A stretch of 33,559 nucleotides of DNA, from positions 1 to 33,559 of the forward strand of contig NW_021836900.1 of NCBI RefSeq assembly GCF_006345805.1, read 5' to 3'. Under the pieces are notes generated by a model. The model was given only the letters and a program-made list of their open reading frames with translations, was not told the DNA's origin and ran no database searches. Both the position numbers and the translations under genes were made by a program. How positions within the stretch are numbered: position 1 is the first letter of the stretch; every line of letters starts with the position of its first letter. This DNA comes from Octopus sinensis (Eukaryota). Shown piece by piece: positions 11,285-22,166 of the stretch.

Positions 11285-11860
11285 ATTAAAGTCTTACAGC
11301 TGTTTCTGGGATCGGAAACCAACAAGGAAAATGTGAAGGGTATAAGAAACGATGAGATAGATGCTACTACAGTAGCATCCACCCTTAGGTGTTAGCCACA
11401 TTTAAATGGCAAATATACGTCACGAAAAATAGATAGAAAGAAAGAAAGGTATTGGTAGGGAAGCTGGAGGTACAGAGAGAGGAGGAGGAATGTAAGGATT
11501 GGTAAGAAGTATAAAATAAGGCATACAGAAATATAATATACAAAAATAAAGAAGAAGAAAAATAAATATATAAGGGTAAATAAGGAGAGAGGAAAAGGTA
11601 AAGGAAGATAACGTAAAGAATACAGAATGAAGTAAAATGGAAGGTATTCAAAGAGAATTGTGGGTGCCAGTGTTGTTTTGGTTTGTACGGGTTGAGAAGG
11701 AAATCAGGTAGTAAGGGTCTGTGTCCGTTTTATGGCTTAGGTCAGTGGCTATAGAAATATTTTTTAGCTAAAGGAGTATGAGTTGGTAGTTGTGAAAGGA
11801 GAAACCAGTTGACTGCTAAATTATTTAGGAAGAAAGTTACGACTAGAGATTAGGGGATTT
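11285..11860 (-). mobile_element. Probable Penelope-like 3' remnant with a decayed hammerhead
   Basis: Minus strand has ATCCCA-GAAACAGCTGTA-AGAC (hammerhead 3' strand with palindromic stem III) and an upstream CTAAGGG-TGGAT as a possible decayed CUGANGA. Further upstream it is pyrimidine-rich with only weak protein similarity. Confidence 0.4.
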
Positions 11861-11861
11861 A

Positions 11862-11945
11862 ATACACACACATGTATACATGCATACATACGTGTATACA
11901 TACATACATACATACATACATACATACATACATACATACAACAAT

Positions 11946-11995
<50 letters not shown>

Positions 11996-11996
11996 G

Positions 11997-12030
<34 letters not shown>

Positions 12031-12079
12031 TGTATGTATGTATGTATGTATGTATGTATGTATGTATGTATGTATGTAT
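11862..12079. repeat. (TACA)n-(TA)n-(TATG)n compound microsatellite
   Basis: Directly visible; the TACA and TATG blocks are mutually complementary. Confidence 0.95.
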
Positions 12080-12161
12080 TGAGTATTACGTGTGATGTAC
12101 AGAATTGAATATTGAGAAAAGAGTTCTCAGAATTTTGGAAAAATTCCTTTTATTTCTTCAT

Positions 12162-12204
12162 TATTATTAGCGTTTTCGTTCCTCTTTAGAACTTGTCAAA
12201 TACA

Positions 12205-12206
<2 letters not shown>
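12162..12206 (-). ncRNA. Degenerate hammerhead-like motif (probably inactive)
   Basis: Minus strand reads AUUGUAU-UUGACAA-GUUC UAAAGAG GAAC-GAAA-ACGCUA-AUAAU. Stem II and GAAA are intact, but the core has two substitutions relative to CUGACGA. Confidence 0.4.
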
Positions 12207-12236
<30 letters not shown>

Positions 12237-12287
12237 GCACTGTATATGCAGGTTTACAGTACACACACATATTTACTGTATATACAA

Positions 12288-12570
12288 TCGTAAGGTTGTG
12301 AGTTCAATTCCCAGTGACGCGTTGTGTCCTTGAGCAAAACACCTTCTTTCATGTTGCTCCAGTCCACTCAGCTGGCAAAAAATTGTAATACCTGTATTTC
12401 AAAGGGCCAGCTTTGCCACACTCTGTATCACGCTGAATCTCCCCGAGAACTACGTTGAGTGTACGCGTGTCTGTGGAGTGCTCAGCCACTTGCACGTTAA
12501 TTTCACGAGCAGGCTGCCCCGTTGATCGGATCTACTGAATACGACATTGATGTAACTGACCGAGTGCCAC
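12288..12570 (+). mobile_element. SINE with tRNA B-box, CORE-like domain and family B 3' tail
   Basis: GAGTTCAATTCCC...GTGTCCTTGAGCAA..CAC...GCTCCAGTCCACTCAGCTG, then TACCTGTATTTCAAAGGGC...GCTGAATCTCCCCGAGAACTACGTT...GCTCAGCCACTT.CACGTTAATTTCACGAGCAGGCTG. The latter part matches the reverse complement of 3745-3925. Confidence 0.8.
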
Positions 12571-12606
12571 TTTATATACATTTATATACATTTATGTATA
12601 TGACAT

Positions 12607-12777
12607 GACGGACCTCTGTATAGTTTCCGTCTGCTAAATTGACTCTGAAAACTTTGGTCGGCCTAGGTGTTGGTTAGCAGAAAAAAACTTCAATTAGGTG
12701 TCACGCAGTGGGAAATAAGGCCGAACTCACTTGATTACAGAGCGAGCTTCTTGACAGCACAACCATGCTTCTGCCTG
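12607..12777 (-). mobile_element. Degenerate 5' part of SINE family C
   Basis: Minus strand CCCACTGCGTGACACCT...GGCCGACCAAAG...AGACGGAAACT matches the head of 14870-15020. Confidence 0.6.
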
Positions 12778-13039
12778 TACATACATACATATATACATAT
12801 ATACATACATACATACATACATACACACACGAAAGCTAGCATTTTCGATATCATATCTCTAAATGTTTCTATGCTATCCAAAATGTATCTAATGTGCAAT
12901 TATAAATTCTATTTCACGTATGTTTTGTTTTTTTATTTGGAGGCGCCATAAAAGGATTTCTCTCTACTTGTTATATAATGTTTTTTAATTTACATATATT
13001 TTTCAAAATCAATTTAACATTCCTTACTCTACCGCCTGC

Positions 13040-13060
13040 ATATATATATATATGTATATA

Positions 13061-13121
<61 letters not shown>

Positions 13122-13235
13122 TTATATACATATGTGTACTATAACATGATAACATAATATAAATGTAATATATCATTTATATAATATAATATAATATAAT
13201 ATAATATAATATAATATAATTAATATATATATATG
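13040..13235. repeat. (TA)n and (TAATA)n microsatellites
   Basis: Directly visible. Confidence 0.9.
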
Positions 13236-13984
13236 TAAAGGTCAATTTTTCAATTTATATTTTTTATGTAGGAAGATCTGAAGAATTATTTTCAGAAGAA
13301 TAAATATCTTTAATTCTTCGTATATGAAGTAAAACAAATTTATTGCACATATTACTCATCTAAATTTATTTAATTGGGGGATGAGAATAAAATAAATGCA
13401 TGATTTTAAGTCTTTAGATATTCTCATTAAAATATTATATTTATTGATATTGATGAATAAGAGGGCGTATTTGAGTAAAAGTTAGTAAAAATACGATAAG
13501 AAATTCATCTGACAGCAGATACCTGTCAAAACAAAGCGGAACGAAAAATGTTCCAGTTTGCTTGAAACATGTTTTACAAAAATAAAATAATTAATAATGA
13601 AGCAGGGGACCTTCTAACAAATGAAAAGGGAAAGTTGAGTAACCTTTATATATTTAAGGCACTAAGCCCAGTTTTAGAAGTGAACTGTTTCGAAATGTGA
13701 GTTTATTTCGTCTCGTCTGATTGATATATCAAGGTTTATAATATTATGAAACTCAAGACATATTGCAGAGTTGAAGATTTTTTGTTGTGGTCTGCTTGTG
13801 AGTAGAGACTATTTTGCCAGTCTCTTGCTGTTAGGCCTAAGTCAGTTCAGTCTTGGTGGAAAATACCTACAATGAAAGACGTTCCTCCCGTCACCATTCC
13901 TTATTTTAGGTGGTCGCCATGATAGATCGTTAGCCACTACACACATTTTTTTCTCTCCTTGTTTCTCTTTTTGTTTTTTTCTGT

Positions 13985-14027
13985 GTCCCTTTCTGTAGAG
14001 GAGCGTAGGCTCGAAACGTAAAATACT
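13985..14027 (+). ncRNA. Minimal hammerhead-like motif with variant core, in a probable Penelope-like terminal repeat (~13900-14115)
   Basis: UUU-CUGUAGA-G-GAGC GUAG GCUC-GAAA-CGUA-AAA. It has a 4-bp stem II, palindromic ACGU stem III and GUA triplet; the core is CUGUAGA instead of CUGANGA and stem I is weak. Confidence 0.55.
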
Positions 14028-14869
14028 TTTTCTATTCCTGAGCGTTATACTAATACATCTGTTTGTTTTGTACACCCCCTGTCTTCGTCTTTTTTTTTCG
14101 TAAACTCTCCGTATAGGGTTTGATGCATGATTTTGTTATTTGAGAGACTCGGGGTGTTTTTGGGAGATATTGTAGGTCAGTCCGTATAGAAAAGGACTTC
14201 AATAGACATCGCTCCAGTTGCGACTGACTATTCTTTTGAGTAGTAAGTAAGACCACATTATATAATGTATTTTCTTCTAATTTAAGACAATAAGGTGTTA
14301 TTCGAAGGAGATACGCTTGCAATATCTCGAAGATCAATCGACCGCGTAGTGTAGTAGTACATCTCCGTAATTATAAAAATGAAAAATTTCAAAAATCTTG
14401 TCGAAGGCAGCGGCCAAAAGCACAAAATTATTTACTAAGTTGCATTATTTAATATGTAGTAGAGAGAGAGGGAGGAAAAAAACGGAATGAAATAAAGAAA
14501 CGTAACAAATATTGGCATAGAATTTTGACAGTGCCATATTTTGGATGAATGAAAGTTGTGAGTAACATACTTTAACAGACCAGACAATAAATATAAAGCT
14601 ACCATCGCAGATGCTACACTAGTGGAATCAGGTCGTGGAAGTAGGTTATACGCTACATTCAATAACCATAAACTCTTAGTCGCTAAATTATAAATGCGCA
14701 CTGACTGGCGCGACGTCGACGAAAAATCTCTCTCTGCGCCTCTCTTCCCCCTCTCTCTCTCACACAGACACACACACACCCACATACACTCACAAGCACA
14801 CACACTCATACACGCATATACACACATATATAAATGAGTGTATGTGTGTGTTTATATATATATATATAA

Positions 14870-15278
14870 TGGCTGTGTGGTAAGTAGCTGCTAACCAACC
14901 ACATGGTTCTGGTTCATCCCACTGCGTGGCATCTTGGCAGGTGTCCTTCTGCTATAGCCCCGGCCGACCAATGCCTTGTGAGTGGATTTGGTAGACGCGA
15001 AACTGAAGAAGCCTGTCGTATATATAATCTATATATATATATAAATGTATGTGTGTCTGTGTTTGTGTGTCTGTGTTTGTCCCCCTAGCATTGCTTGACA
15101 CCGATGCTGGTGTGTGTTTACGTCCCCGTCACTTAGCGGTTTGGCAAAAGAGACCGATATATAAGTACTGGGCTACAAAGAATAAGTCTCGGGGTCGATT
15201 TGCTCGACTAAAGGCGGTGCTCCAGCATGCCGCAGTCAAATGACTGAAACAAGTAAAAGAGTAAAAGAGTAAAGAGTA
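14870..15278 (+). mobile_element. tRNA-derived SINE family C with internal microsatellite and LINE-like tail
   Basis: TGGCTGTGTGGTAAG A-box, GGTTCA.CCC B-box, CORE-like CTTGGCAGGTGTC, internal (TA)n(TG)n, and tail AAAGGCGGTGCTCCAGCATG..GCAGTCAAATGACTGAAAC(AGTAAAAG)n. Colinear with 29697-30070. Confidence 0.9.
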
Positions 15279-15560
15279 TATATCTATATATCTATATATA
15301 TATACAAAACCCTTGGCTCCCACAAAAAAGCCAAAATCTCATGCAGAAATATATCGACAAAAATATGAAAAAATGCCTTGATGCTGATTAGCGACTAATT
15401 AATGAAGATGGAAGTTAATAATAAACAAAGTGTAGATATCTCTAATTACTGATGAAAGGAGAATCTACGAAATTCTTACCAAACAGATATACATACATGC
15501 ATACCTATAAAGCATATACATACATACGTCAATACATACATACATACATACATACATACA

Positions 15561-15594
<34 letters not shown>

Positions 15595-15619
15595 CATACG
15601 TACATGCAGCAGACATTAT

Positions 15620-15822
15620 TTGACAGAATCGTTATCGAGTCGGGCAGATTGCTTAGCGGCATTTCTTACCGTTCATTACATTCAGAGTTCAAATTTCGCT
15701 GGGGTATACTCTTGACCCATCCCACGGGTCGGTAGATGGTAGCATCAGACAAATATTAGGGCCGATATAAACTATTCCCCACTCTCCTAAAAACTGCTTT
15801 CCTTGCGCCAATTTTAGACTAT
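15620..15822 (+). mobile_element. Degenerate family A SINE
   Basis: TGACAGAATCGTTA...TGCTTAGCGGCATTTC...GAGTTCAAATTTCGCTGGGG. Confidence 0.55.
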
Positions 15823-15862
15823 TTTCTATAGCCAATATAGAGTATTAGTGGGTACACAAAAG

Positions 15863-16290
15863 TAACCGGAAACGTTCGTCAAAAGAGATCGATAAAATAA
15901 CTTAGCGGTTCACCAAAGAAAATCGGTAAAATAACTTCGCGGTTCGCCAAACGAGATCCATAAAATAACTTAGCGGTTCATCGAATGCGTACGATAAATA
16001 ACTTAGCGGTTCGAAAAGGAAATCGATAAAATAACATAACGGTTCGCCAATCGTGATCGATAAAATATCTTAGCGATTCGCCAAAGGAAATCGGTAAAAT
16101 AACTTAGCGGTTCTTCAAAGGAGATCGATAAAATAACTTAGCGGTTCGCCAAACGCGTACGATAAATAAACTAGCGGTTCGCCAAACTTGTTCGATAAAA
16201 TAACTTAGCGGTTTGCCAAACGAGATCGATAAAATAACTTAGCAGTTCTTCAAAGGAAATCGATAAAATAACTTAGCGTTTCGCCAATGA
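15863..16290 (+). repeat. 33-34 bp minisatellite, ~12.5 copies, derived from an internal segment of SINE family C
   Basis: Consensus TAACTTAGCGGTTCGCCAAACGAGATCGATAAAA. Unit starts are 15898, 15932, 15966, 15999, 16032, 16066, 16100, 16134, 16167, 16201, 16235 and 16269. Confidence 0.92.
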
Positions 16291-16661
16291 AGAACGCTTT
16301 CTCTCTATAGATACAAACAGTTGTACATTGAGAGAGGTGGTGGGAGAAAGAGTGACAGAGAGACGGCGAAGCTGTCAAACTTCATTATAGAGAGAAAACT
16401 GGAGGGAAGGGAGGAAAGAGAGAGATCGAGGAAGAGAAGGTGATATCCGAAAGAAAGAAACGACAAAAACTTGTCAAAGTGTGGGGTTTGTTGCCAAAGT
16501 AACCACAGCTTTTGAGATAGGGGTTTCTAACCTAGTCCACTCACTTCTCGCCTGCTTTTACGTCTTTGTAAATTTTGGAGCCAATCCGATCCCATCTAGT
16601 GCCCCTTATCCCGTTCCCATCCCAAAAAGAGACAAACAAACATTTGTATTTCAGCTTTATA

Positions 16662-16975
16662 GATATTGATAGTTTTCGACCAAAGATTGGTCCAGGTGAT
16701 GTCTAAATTAATAGCACCACCTGATAGCATTAGGTAAATCCTTTCTAACTCGAGTTTTGTGGTATCATGGTCCACTTTAGTAGGGAGTTCTTTATTGAGT
16801 GAGTTGTATGCAGGTATAGGTGGCTTATCTGGCATTCCTGGAAGAAATTTGTCCAGATTCCGTTTAAAGGTGATGGAGGTGATGGGATCCTCTTTCTCTT
16901 TGATCTGTTTGGGACAATGTGAAATAGGGCAGGGGCTGTTGAGGAAAAGAAATTGTGTTGCAGTGTATTTATGTA
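16662..16975 (-). mobile_element. 3' end of a CR1-group LINE (distinct family)
   Basis: Translation across frameshifts gives NTLQHNFFSSTAPALFHIVP/..ITFKRNLDKFLPGMPDKPPIPAY. This parallels NSLGFNGPKLFNAL...VFKK/FDRF/IPDEP in the 28642-29679 LINE. Confidence 0.6.
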
Positions 16976-17380
16976 TTGTGATTCTTTATATATGTGTGTG
17001 TGGTGCGTGTGTGTGCGTGTGTGTGTGTGTAAGCATATATATGTATAAATATATGTATATTTAAATGTATATATATGCACATATATATAAGTCTGTATAC
17101 ATACATTTATACATCTGCATATGTGTGAGTGTAAGATCTACTGTAAATTTCTTTTTACACACACAGACATACACATACGTACACACATACGTACCTGCAT
17201 ACAAATACAAACACACGCAGAAGGTCGAACATTATTGACAGACATAGTAAAATCGATTACATTGATCCCAAATCATAACTGACACTTATTTCAATCACAC
17301 CACATTTAATAGACCAAAGCCACTAATAAAGCATCACAAGATTTTGAACTTGAAGTCCTAATAACAAAATACAAAAAAAA

Positions 17381-17459
<79 letters not shown>
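17381..17459. repeat. (TAA)n microsatellite
   Basis: Directly visible. Confidence 0.95.
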
Positions 17460-17462
<3 letters not shown>

Positions 17463-17859
17463 TTCTGTCCTGCGTTCACGAAGCTCTCTAAGTTATTTAT
17501 TCTCTCTTACAAAGAAAATAACGACAGCACTAAATAAACAAATAATAGGCATAAAACAATAGATTTTTGTTATGAATCAATCATTGACGTATAAATAATA
17601 TTTGCAGAAACCAACTTATGTAAATAGATAAAGCGATGGCGAATTATAAAATAATTATTTCTGTTTCAGATTACGCGCGGCTTTGTATCAACAGCTGTTG
17701 TCATGAAATCAATGGGAAACGTTCTTATTCTAAACGATGTTTATTTAGCAATTAAATAGTGAGATTTGACAATTCACGTTAAAACATGTACCGCAGTTAA
17801 TTAATGGTATTAAGAGAGAAATACAAAAAAAAAAAAACACACACACACAGATACATGAA

Positions 17860-17920
17860 TTTATATATGTATATTTATATATGTATATATGTGTGTACAT
17901 ATATGTTAATATGGATGCAT

Positions 17921-17963
<43 letters not shown>

Positions 17964-18505
17964 ATATAATATAATATATATTATATATATATTATATATA
18001 TATATATGTGTATATATATCATATTATTATTATTATTATATATATACATATATATATATATATATGTATGCATATATTTATATTTGTATAATATATATAA
18101 TATATATTATATATATATATAACATATGTGTGATGTATGCGTATGCGTAAAATAATTACATATATGCACACACACATACATTACACGCATACTTATATGT
18201 ATGTGCATGTATGTTTGTACGGCAATCTTTTCTATAAATGTTTGTGTGTGTGTGTGTATTTGTGAGTGTGTGTATGTGTGTATGTATATATTATATATAT
18301 TTGCCATACCTATACATACATATATAGATATATGTGCATGTATGTATGTATGTATGTATGTATGTATGTATGTATGTATGTATGTATGTATGTATGTATG
18401 TATGTATGTACGTATGTATGTATATATGTATGTATGTATGTATGTACGTACGTATGTATGTATGTATGTATGTATGTATGTATGTATGTATGTATGTATG
18501 TATGC
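17860..18505. repeat. Extended (TA)n/(TATG)n low-complexity region
   Basis: Directly visible. Confidence 0.9.
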
Positions 18506-18532
18506 CTGTGTGTATATGCTTGTGGGTGTATG

Positions 18533-18809
18533 ACACCTACACTAATTTTGAGCAGACGTCAGCCGTCTGACTACCGTAGGTGTATACGCAAAGTGTTTCT
18601 ACCTTTTCAAAGTGTTTTGGGGAAAGAAAATGCCGGCTTCTTCTTCCTGCCGTGCGTGGGCGGCGTATCATTCTCTTCCAGATTATTAAAATTTGTGCAA
18701 CGCGTTGATGGAATCAAGTGATTCCCGTAAAAACGCGACCTTTTTGCTGGCTTCGTTTATCAGGAATTCAGAAATGAGTTGACTCAAAAACTCTTGGAAC
18801 AAGTACGTA
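18533..18809 (+). mobile_element. Possible Tc1/mariner-like right end fragment
   Basis: Ends AAAAACTCTTGGAACAAGTACG|TA, resembling mariner TIRs followed by TA. No left TIR or clear transposase motif. Confidence 0.3.
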
Positions 18810-18810
18810 T

Positions 18811-18862
<52 letters not shown>

Positions 18863-18907
18863 TCAATAAATGGTGGGGTTGTGTTGACCACACGTGGAGA
18901 AATGATA

Positions 18908-19006
18908 AGTAAGGAAAAATTTTTTTAAAAATGCAGAATGCTCAAATGAAAGAAAATTTTAATTTTCTTTCATTTGAGCATTCTGCATTTAAAAAAAATT
19001 TTTCCT

Positions 19007-19010
<4 letters not shown>
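18908..19010. repeat. Near-perfect ~50-bp-arm palindrome
   Basis: AGTAAGGAAAAATTTTTTTAAAAATGCAGAATGCTCAAATGAAAGAAAATT-TT-AATTTTCTTTCATTTGAGCATTCTGCATTTAAAAAAAATTTTTCCTTACT. Confidence 0.92.
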
Positions 19011-19040
<30 letters not shown>

Positions 19041-19143
19041 ATATATATATATATATATGTAATTTATAATAATTCTATAATATGTAATTTTTCTAAATGG
19101 TATAATTTAATTTTACCTTATTGAATTGGTAAAGGTGGTTATT

Positions 19144-19144
<1 letters not shown>

Positions 19145-19175
<31 letters not shown>

Positions 19176-19378
19176 TGTATGTATGTATGTATGTATGTAC
19201 GTATGTATGTATGTATGTATGTATTATGTATGTATGTATGTATGTATGTATTATGTATGTATGTATGTATGTATGTCTGTATGTATGTATGTATGAATGT
19301 ATGTATGTATGTACGTATGTATGTATATGTATGCATGTATGTATATATATATAAAAGAAATACACACACACACACTCA

Positions 19379-19443
<65 letters not shown>
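19145..19443. repeat. (TATG)n/(TA)n microsatellite
   Basis: Directly visible. Confidence 0.95.
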
Positions 19444-19447
<4 letters not shown>

Positions 19448-20090
19448 TGGGGCACCGCCGTTTGCTTTGCTACACTTTCCCTGAACCTCCTTCTCCGATA
19501 TATGACCTTTGATGGATGAGGGACTTTGACATTGTTGCCTTCATCTGTGTTCCTTGCCTTGAGGTAGGTCCATCCGGAACACTTGACAGAAAGATAACTA
19601 GTTTTGTTTTGAAAAAAGCATATATCCATGCCATGCAAGTCTCTCAGGCTTTGTAGGAAGATTTTGAAGAACCGTGGGTCTTTGAAACCCAAGCTGTTGC
19701 AGTATCTGGTCCTGTTACCGGTTGGCAAATTTGGTACCACGTACTAGGTCCCCGTCCAGCTGTTTGTGTAGGTGGGTGACAATGCCAAATTTTGGAACAA
19801 GTTTTACTAGGATTTTTTTAGATGTATATTACTGCATATCTTCCCCGCCTTCGTTCAAGGGAGTAGAGTCTTGACTCTTTTAGTCTCTCCCCGTAACTGA
19901 TATGTCGCATCGATATGTCCATCTTCTTTGTGTAGCTTCGCTGGATTACCTCGAGTTCCGTCAGCAATTTCACACTGTTTGATGACCACCGTTGGGAGTA
20001 GTAATCCAGACGGCTGAGAACGAAAGTCCTCCAGAGAACCATCATGGATTTCTTTTCTCTTGCTTTGAAATTTCGAAGGAGTAGAAAAGA
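19444..20090 (-). mobile_element. 5'-truncated CR1-group LINE, RT C-terminal region plus tail
   Basis: LLRNFKAREKKSMMVLWRTFVLSRLDYYSQRWS...ELEVIQRSYTKK...SYGERLKESRLYSLERRRGRY shows typical CR1/L2-group thumb motifs. Ends GGCGGTGCCCCAGCAT. Confidence 0.88.
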
Positions 20091-20232
20091 TTATAATAAT
20101 TAAAATATTTTAAATGATCCGATACGCTTGTCCTGCCCTCGTTTTGTTGTCCCCTTCCTTTAATATGTAGATATATACGACGAGGATAATCTTTCAGTTT
20201 GTGTTTAACTAACCTAATCACAGGTGTGATAT

Positions 20233-20334
20233 TATAGTAGAATACACCTGCCGAAGGTACCACGCAGTGGAACTGAACCCCAAACCACGAATACATGTAG
20301 CTGTGAAGTAAACTTCTTACATACAGCTACGCCT
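20233..20334 (-). mobile_element. SINE family C head fragment
   Basis: Minus strand GGGTTCAGTTCCACTGCGTGGTACCTTCGGCAGGTGTATTCTACTATA. Confidence 0.7.
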
Positions 20335-21055
20335 AATTCTCTATATATTTATGTGTGTGTGTGTCAGTGTGTGTATATATGTATGTATGTGTGTGTGTGC
20401 GCGCGCGTCCTGTGAATGCCAGAGTGCACAGACAGATACGTACATGTGTAGAGGTAGACATGTTAGAAATGACCAATATGTGGTTATCATAAATAATTAA
20501 GCTTTGAAAGATTCAAATCATGAGAAGAGTAATGAGGCTGGACATTATCTTCTTTATGATAGTCTAACATTGAAGCACTGGGCATGTTTGTGTGTGTGTG
20601 GCTCAGTGTTTGTCTGTGTGTGTGTGTGTTGTATGTTAGTATGTGTGTGTGTGTGTGTGTGTTAGTATGTGTGTGTGTGCCCGTATGTATATATATATAT
20701 ACAAATTACTTGTACATGTATAGAAATATATACATATTACTATATGTATATAGAGATATCTATATTCATTTATGTGTGTGTGTATGTGTGCGTGCCTTTG
20801 TGTATGTTTATATATATGTATATATATATATAGATATATTTGAATATATGTATATATATGCGTGTATGCATATATGTATATACATTCATATCATATGTAT
20901 GCGTGTATATACACACCACTCATATATTCACATATATATACACTGATTTCACCTAGCATTTATATATACGTATATGTTTGTATATATATATATAATATAT
21001 ATATATATAATATTTGCATATGTATATAGTTTGTATATATATTTTCATATATGTT

Positions 21056-21099
<44 letters not shown>

Positions 21100-21624
21100 C
21101 ATGTGTATATAGGTATGTGTGTATAGACACGCTATACACTCTTATATTGCTTAGACGCTAATCCCGAAAGAAATAGTTGCCTGAGCCAAATAAGACTTTA
21201 GCAAAGTCGGAGAGAGAAATAAGTAAGAAATATGTAGAAGAATGCATGATAAAGGTTAAAGGCTTAGGATTTGTGGTTACGAGATAAAGAAATTACCTAT
21301 TAGCTTCTGAATATTTATAAATGCACAAGCAATCCATTAAACATCGATTTATTGCTGAAAATGTAGTATCTCGTCTTTATATACTGCGCCATTTTGGTCG
21401 TGCTTTCCAGCATGAATAAATCAATCGAAATAAAAGTGACTGTTTTAAGTTGAGGGCCATTTTACTGATAGTGGTGATAGTTTATGATTCATATCGAAGT
21501 CTGAACGCAGTCTCTGCCTCATGTGTGGCTTTGGTGCAGTCAGTAACGTTATCAGCCCGACATGTGATTGGTTCGAATAAGTGCCACACTTACAAATAAA
21601 CATCGGGGGCAATTTGGTAACTAA

Positions 21625-21695
21625 ACCCTTCAAATTGGTGTCCCAGCATGGTCGCAGTCCAATGACTGAAACAAGTAAAGAATAAAAAAAGAAAC
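21625..21695 (+). mobile_element. SINE family C or LINE 3' tail fragment
   Basis: GGTGTCCCAGCATGGTCGCAGTCCAATGACTGAAACAAGTAAAGAATAAAA. Confidence 0.7.
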
Positions 21696-21704
21696 AGAAA
21701 ATTT

Positions 21705-22047
21705 TCTGCAAAAATCGAAGGGAAAACGGATATATTCCCTCAAAGTTTTATCACATTTAACTGCGGAAAGCCGTTCTCCCCTAGATCTTTGAAAGAAAGC
21801 TTTTCTTATGTTTCGAGAAGCGAAGACATCTCCAGTGACACTTTTTACAAAAGACCCTTTTTCAGATTTTGTTAATGTTTCACATATTTCATCAAATACC
21901 TCTTCACAGATCAAGAATCAGATACTTTTAGCGGTGGATATGAAAACCGTATTGGAAAAGCAGAAAATATCAATTCTATGATTTGGCGGATAATTAACAT
22001 AATTACCGGAATGAACATGAAATTTAATTTCACAGTCAAAGGGTTAA
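21705..22047 (-). mobile_element. Old TTAA-CCCTTT-initiated (piggyBac-like) repeat, copy 1
   Basis: Minus strand starts TTAACCCTTT. Shares TCATTCCG.TAAT.ATG.TAATT and TACGGTTTTCATAT..ACC.CTAAAAGTAT.TGATTCTTG.TCTGT with 22167-22875. Confidence 0.55.
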
Positions 22048-22166
22048 AATGCTGGTCGACCTATTGTGAGAAATTGATAAGCTAATGATATGGGTTTATT
22101 AAAGAATAAAGTTAGTCATTGTTGCACGGATCTGAGGAATTAGAATGCTGAGTGTTTGAACGGTTG

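Noticed and set aside
15450-15480. CTGATGA...GAAA hammerhead candidate
   Set aside because: No convincing stems I, II or III.
15863-16290. CRISPR-like array (conserved part plus variable part)
   Set aside because: The variable segments are only ~10 bp and related to each other, there are no unique spacers or cas genes, the context is eukaryotic, and the unit derives from a SINE.
18533-18583. Nested hairpin ACACCTAC/GTAGGTGT with CAGACG/CGTCTG as a structured ncRNA
   Set aside because: Short stems with no known motif; more simply part of a transposon fragment.
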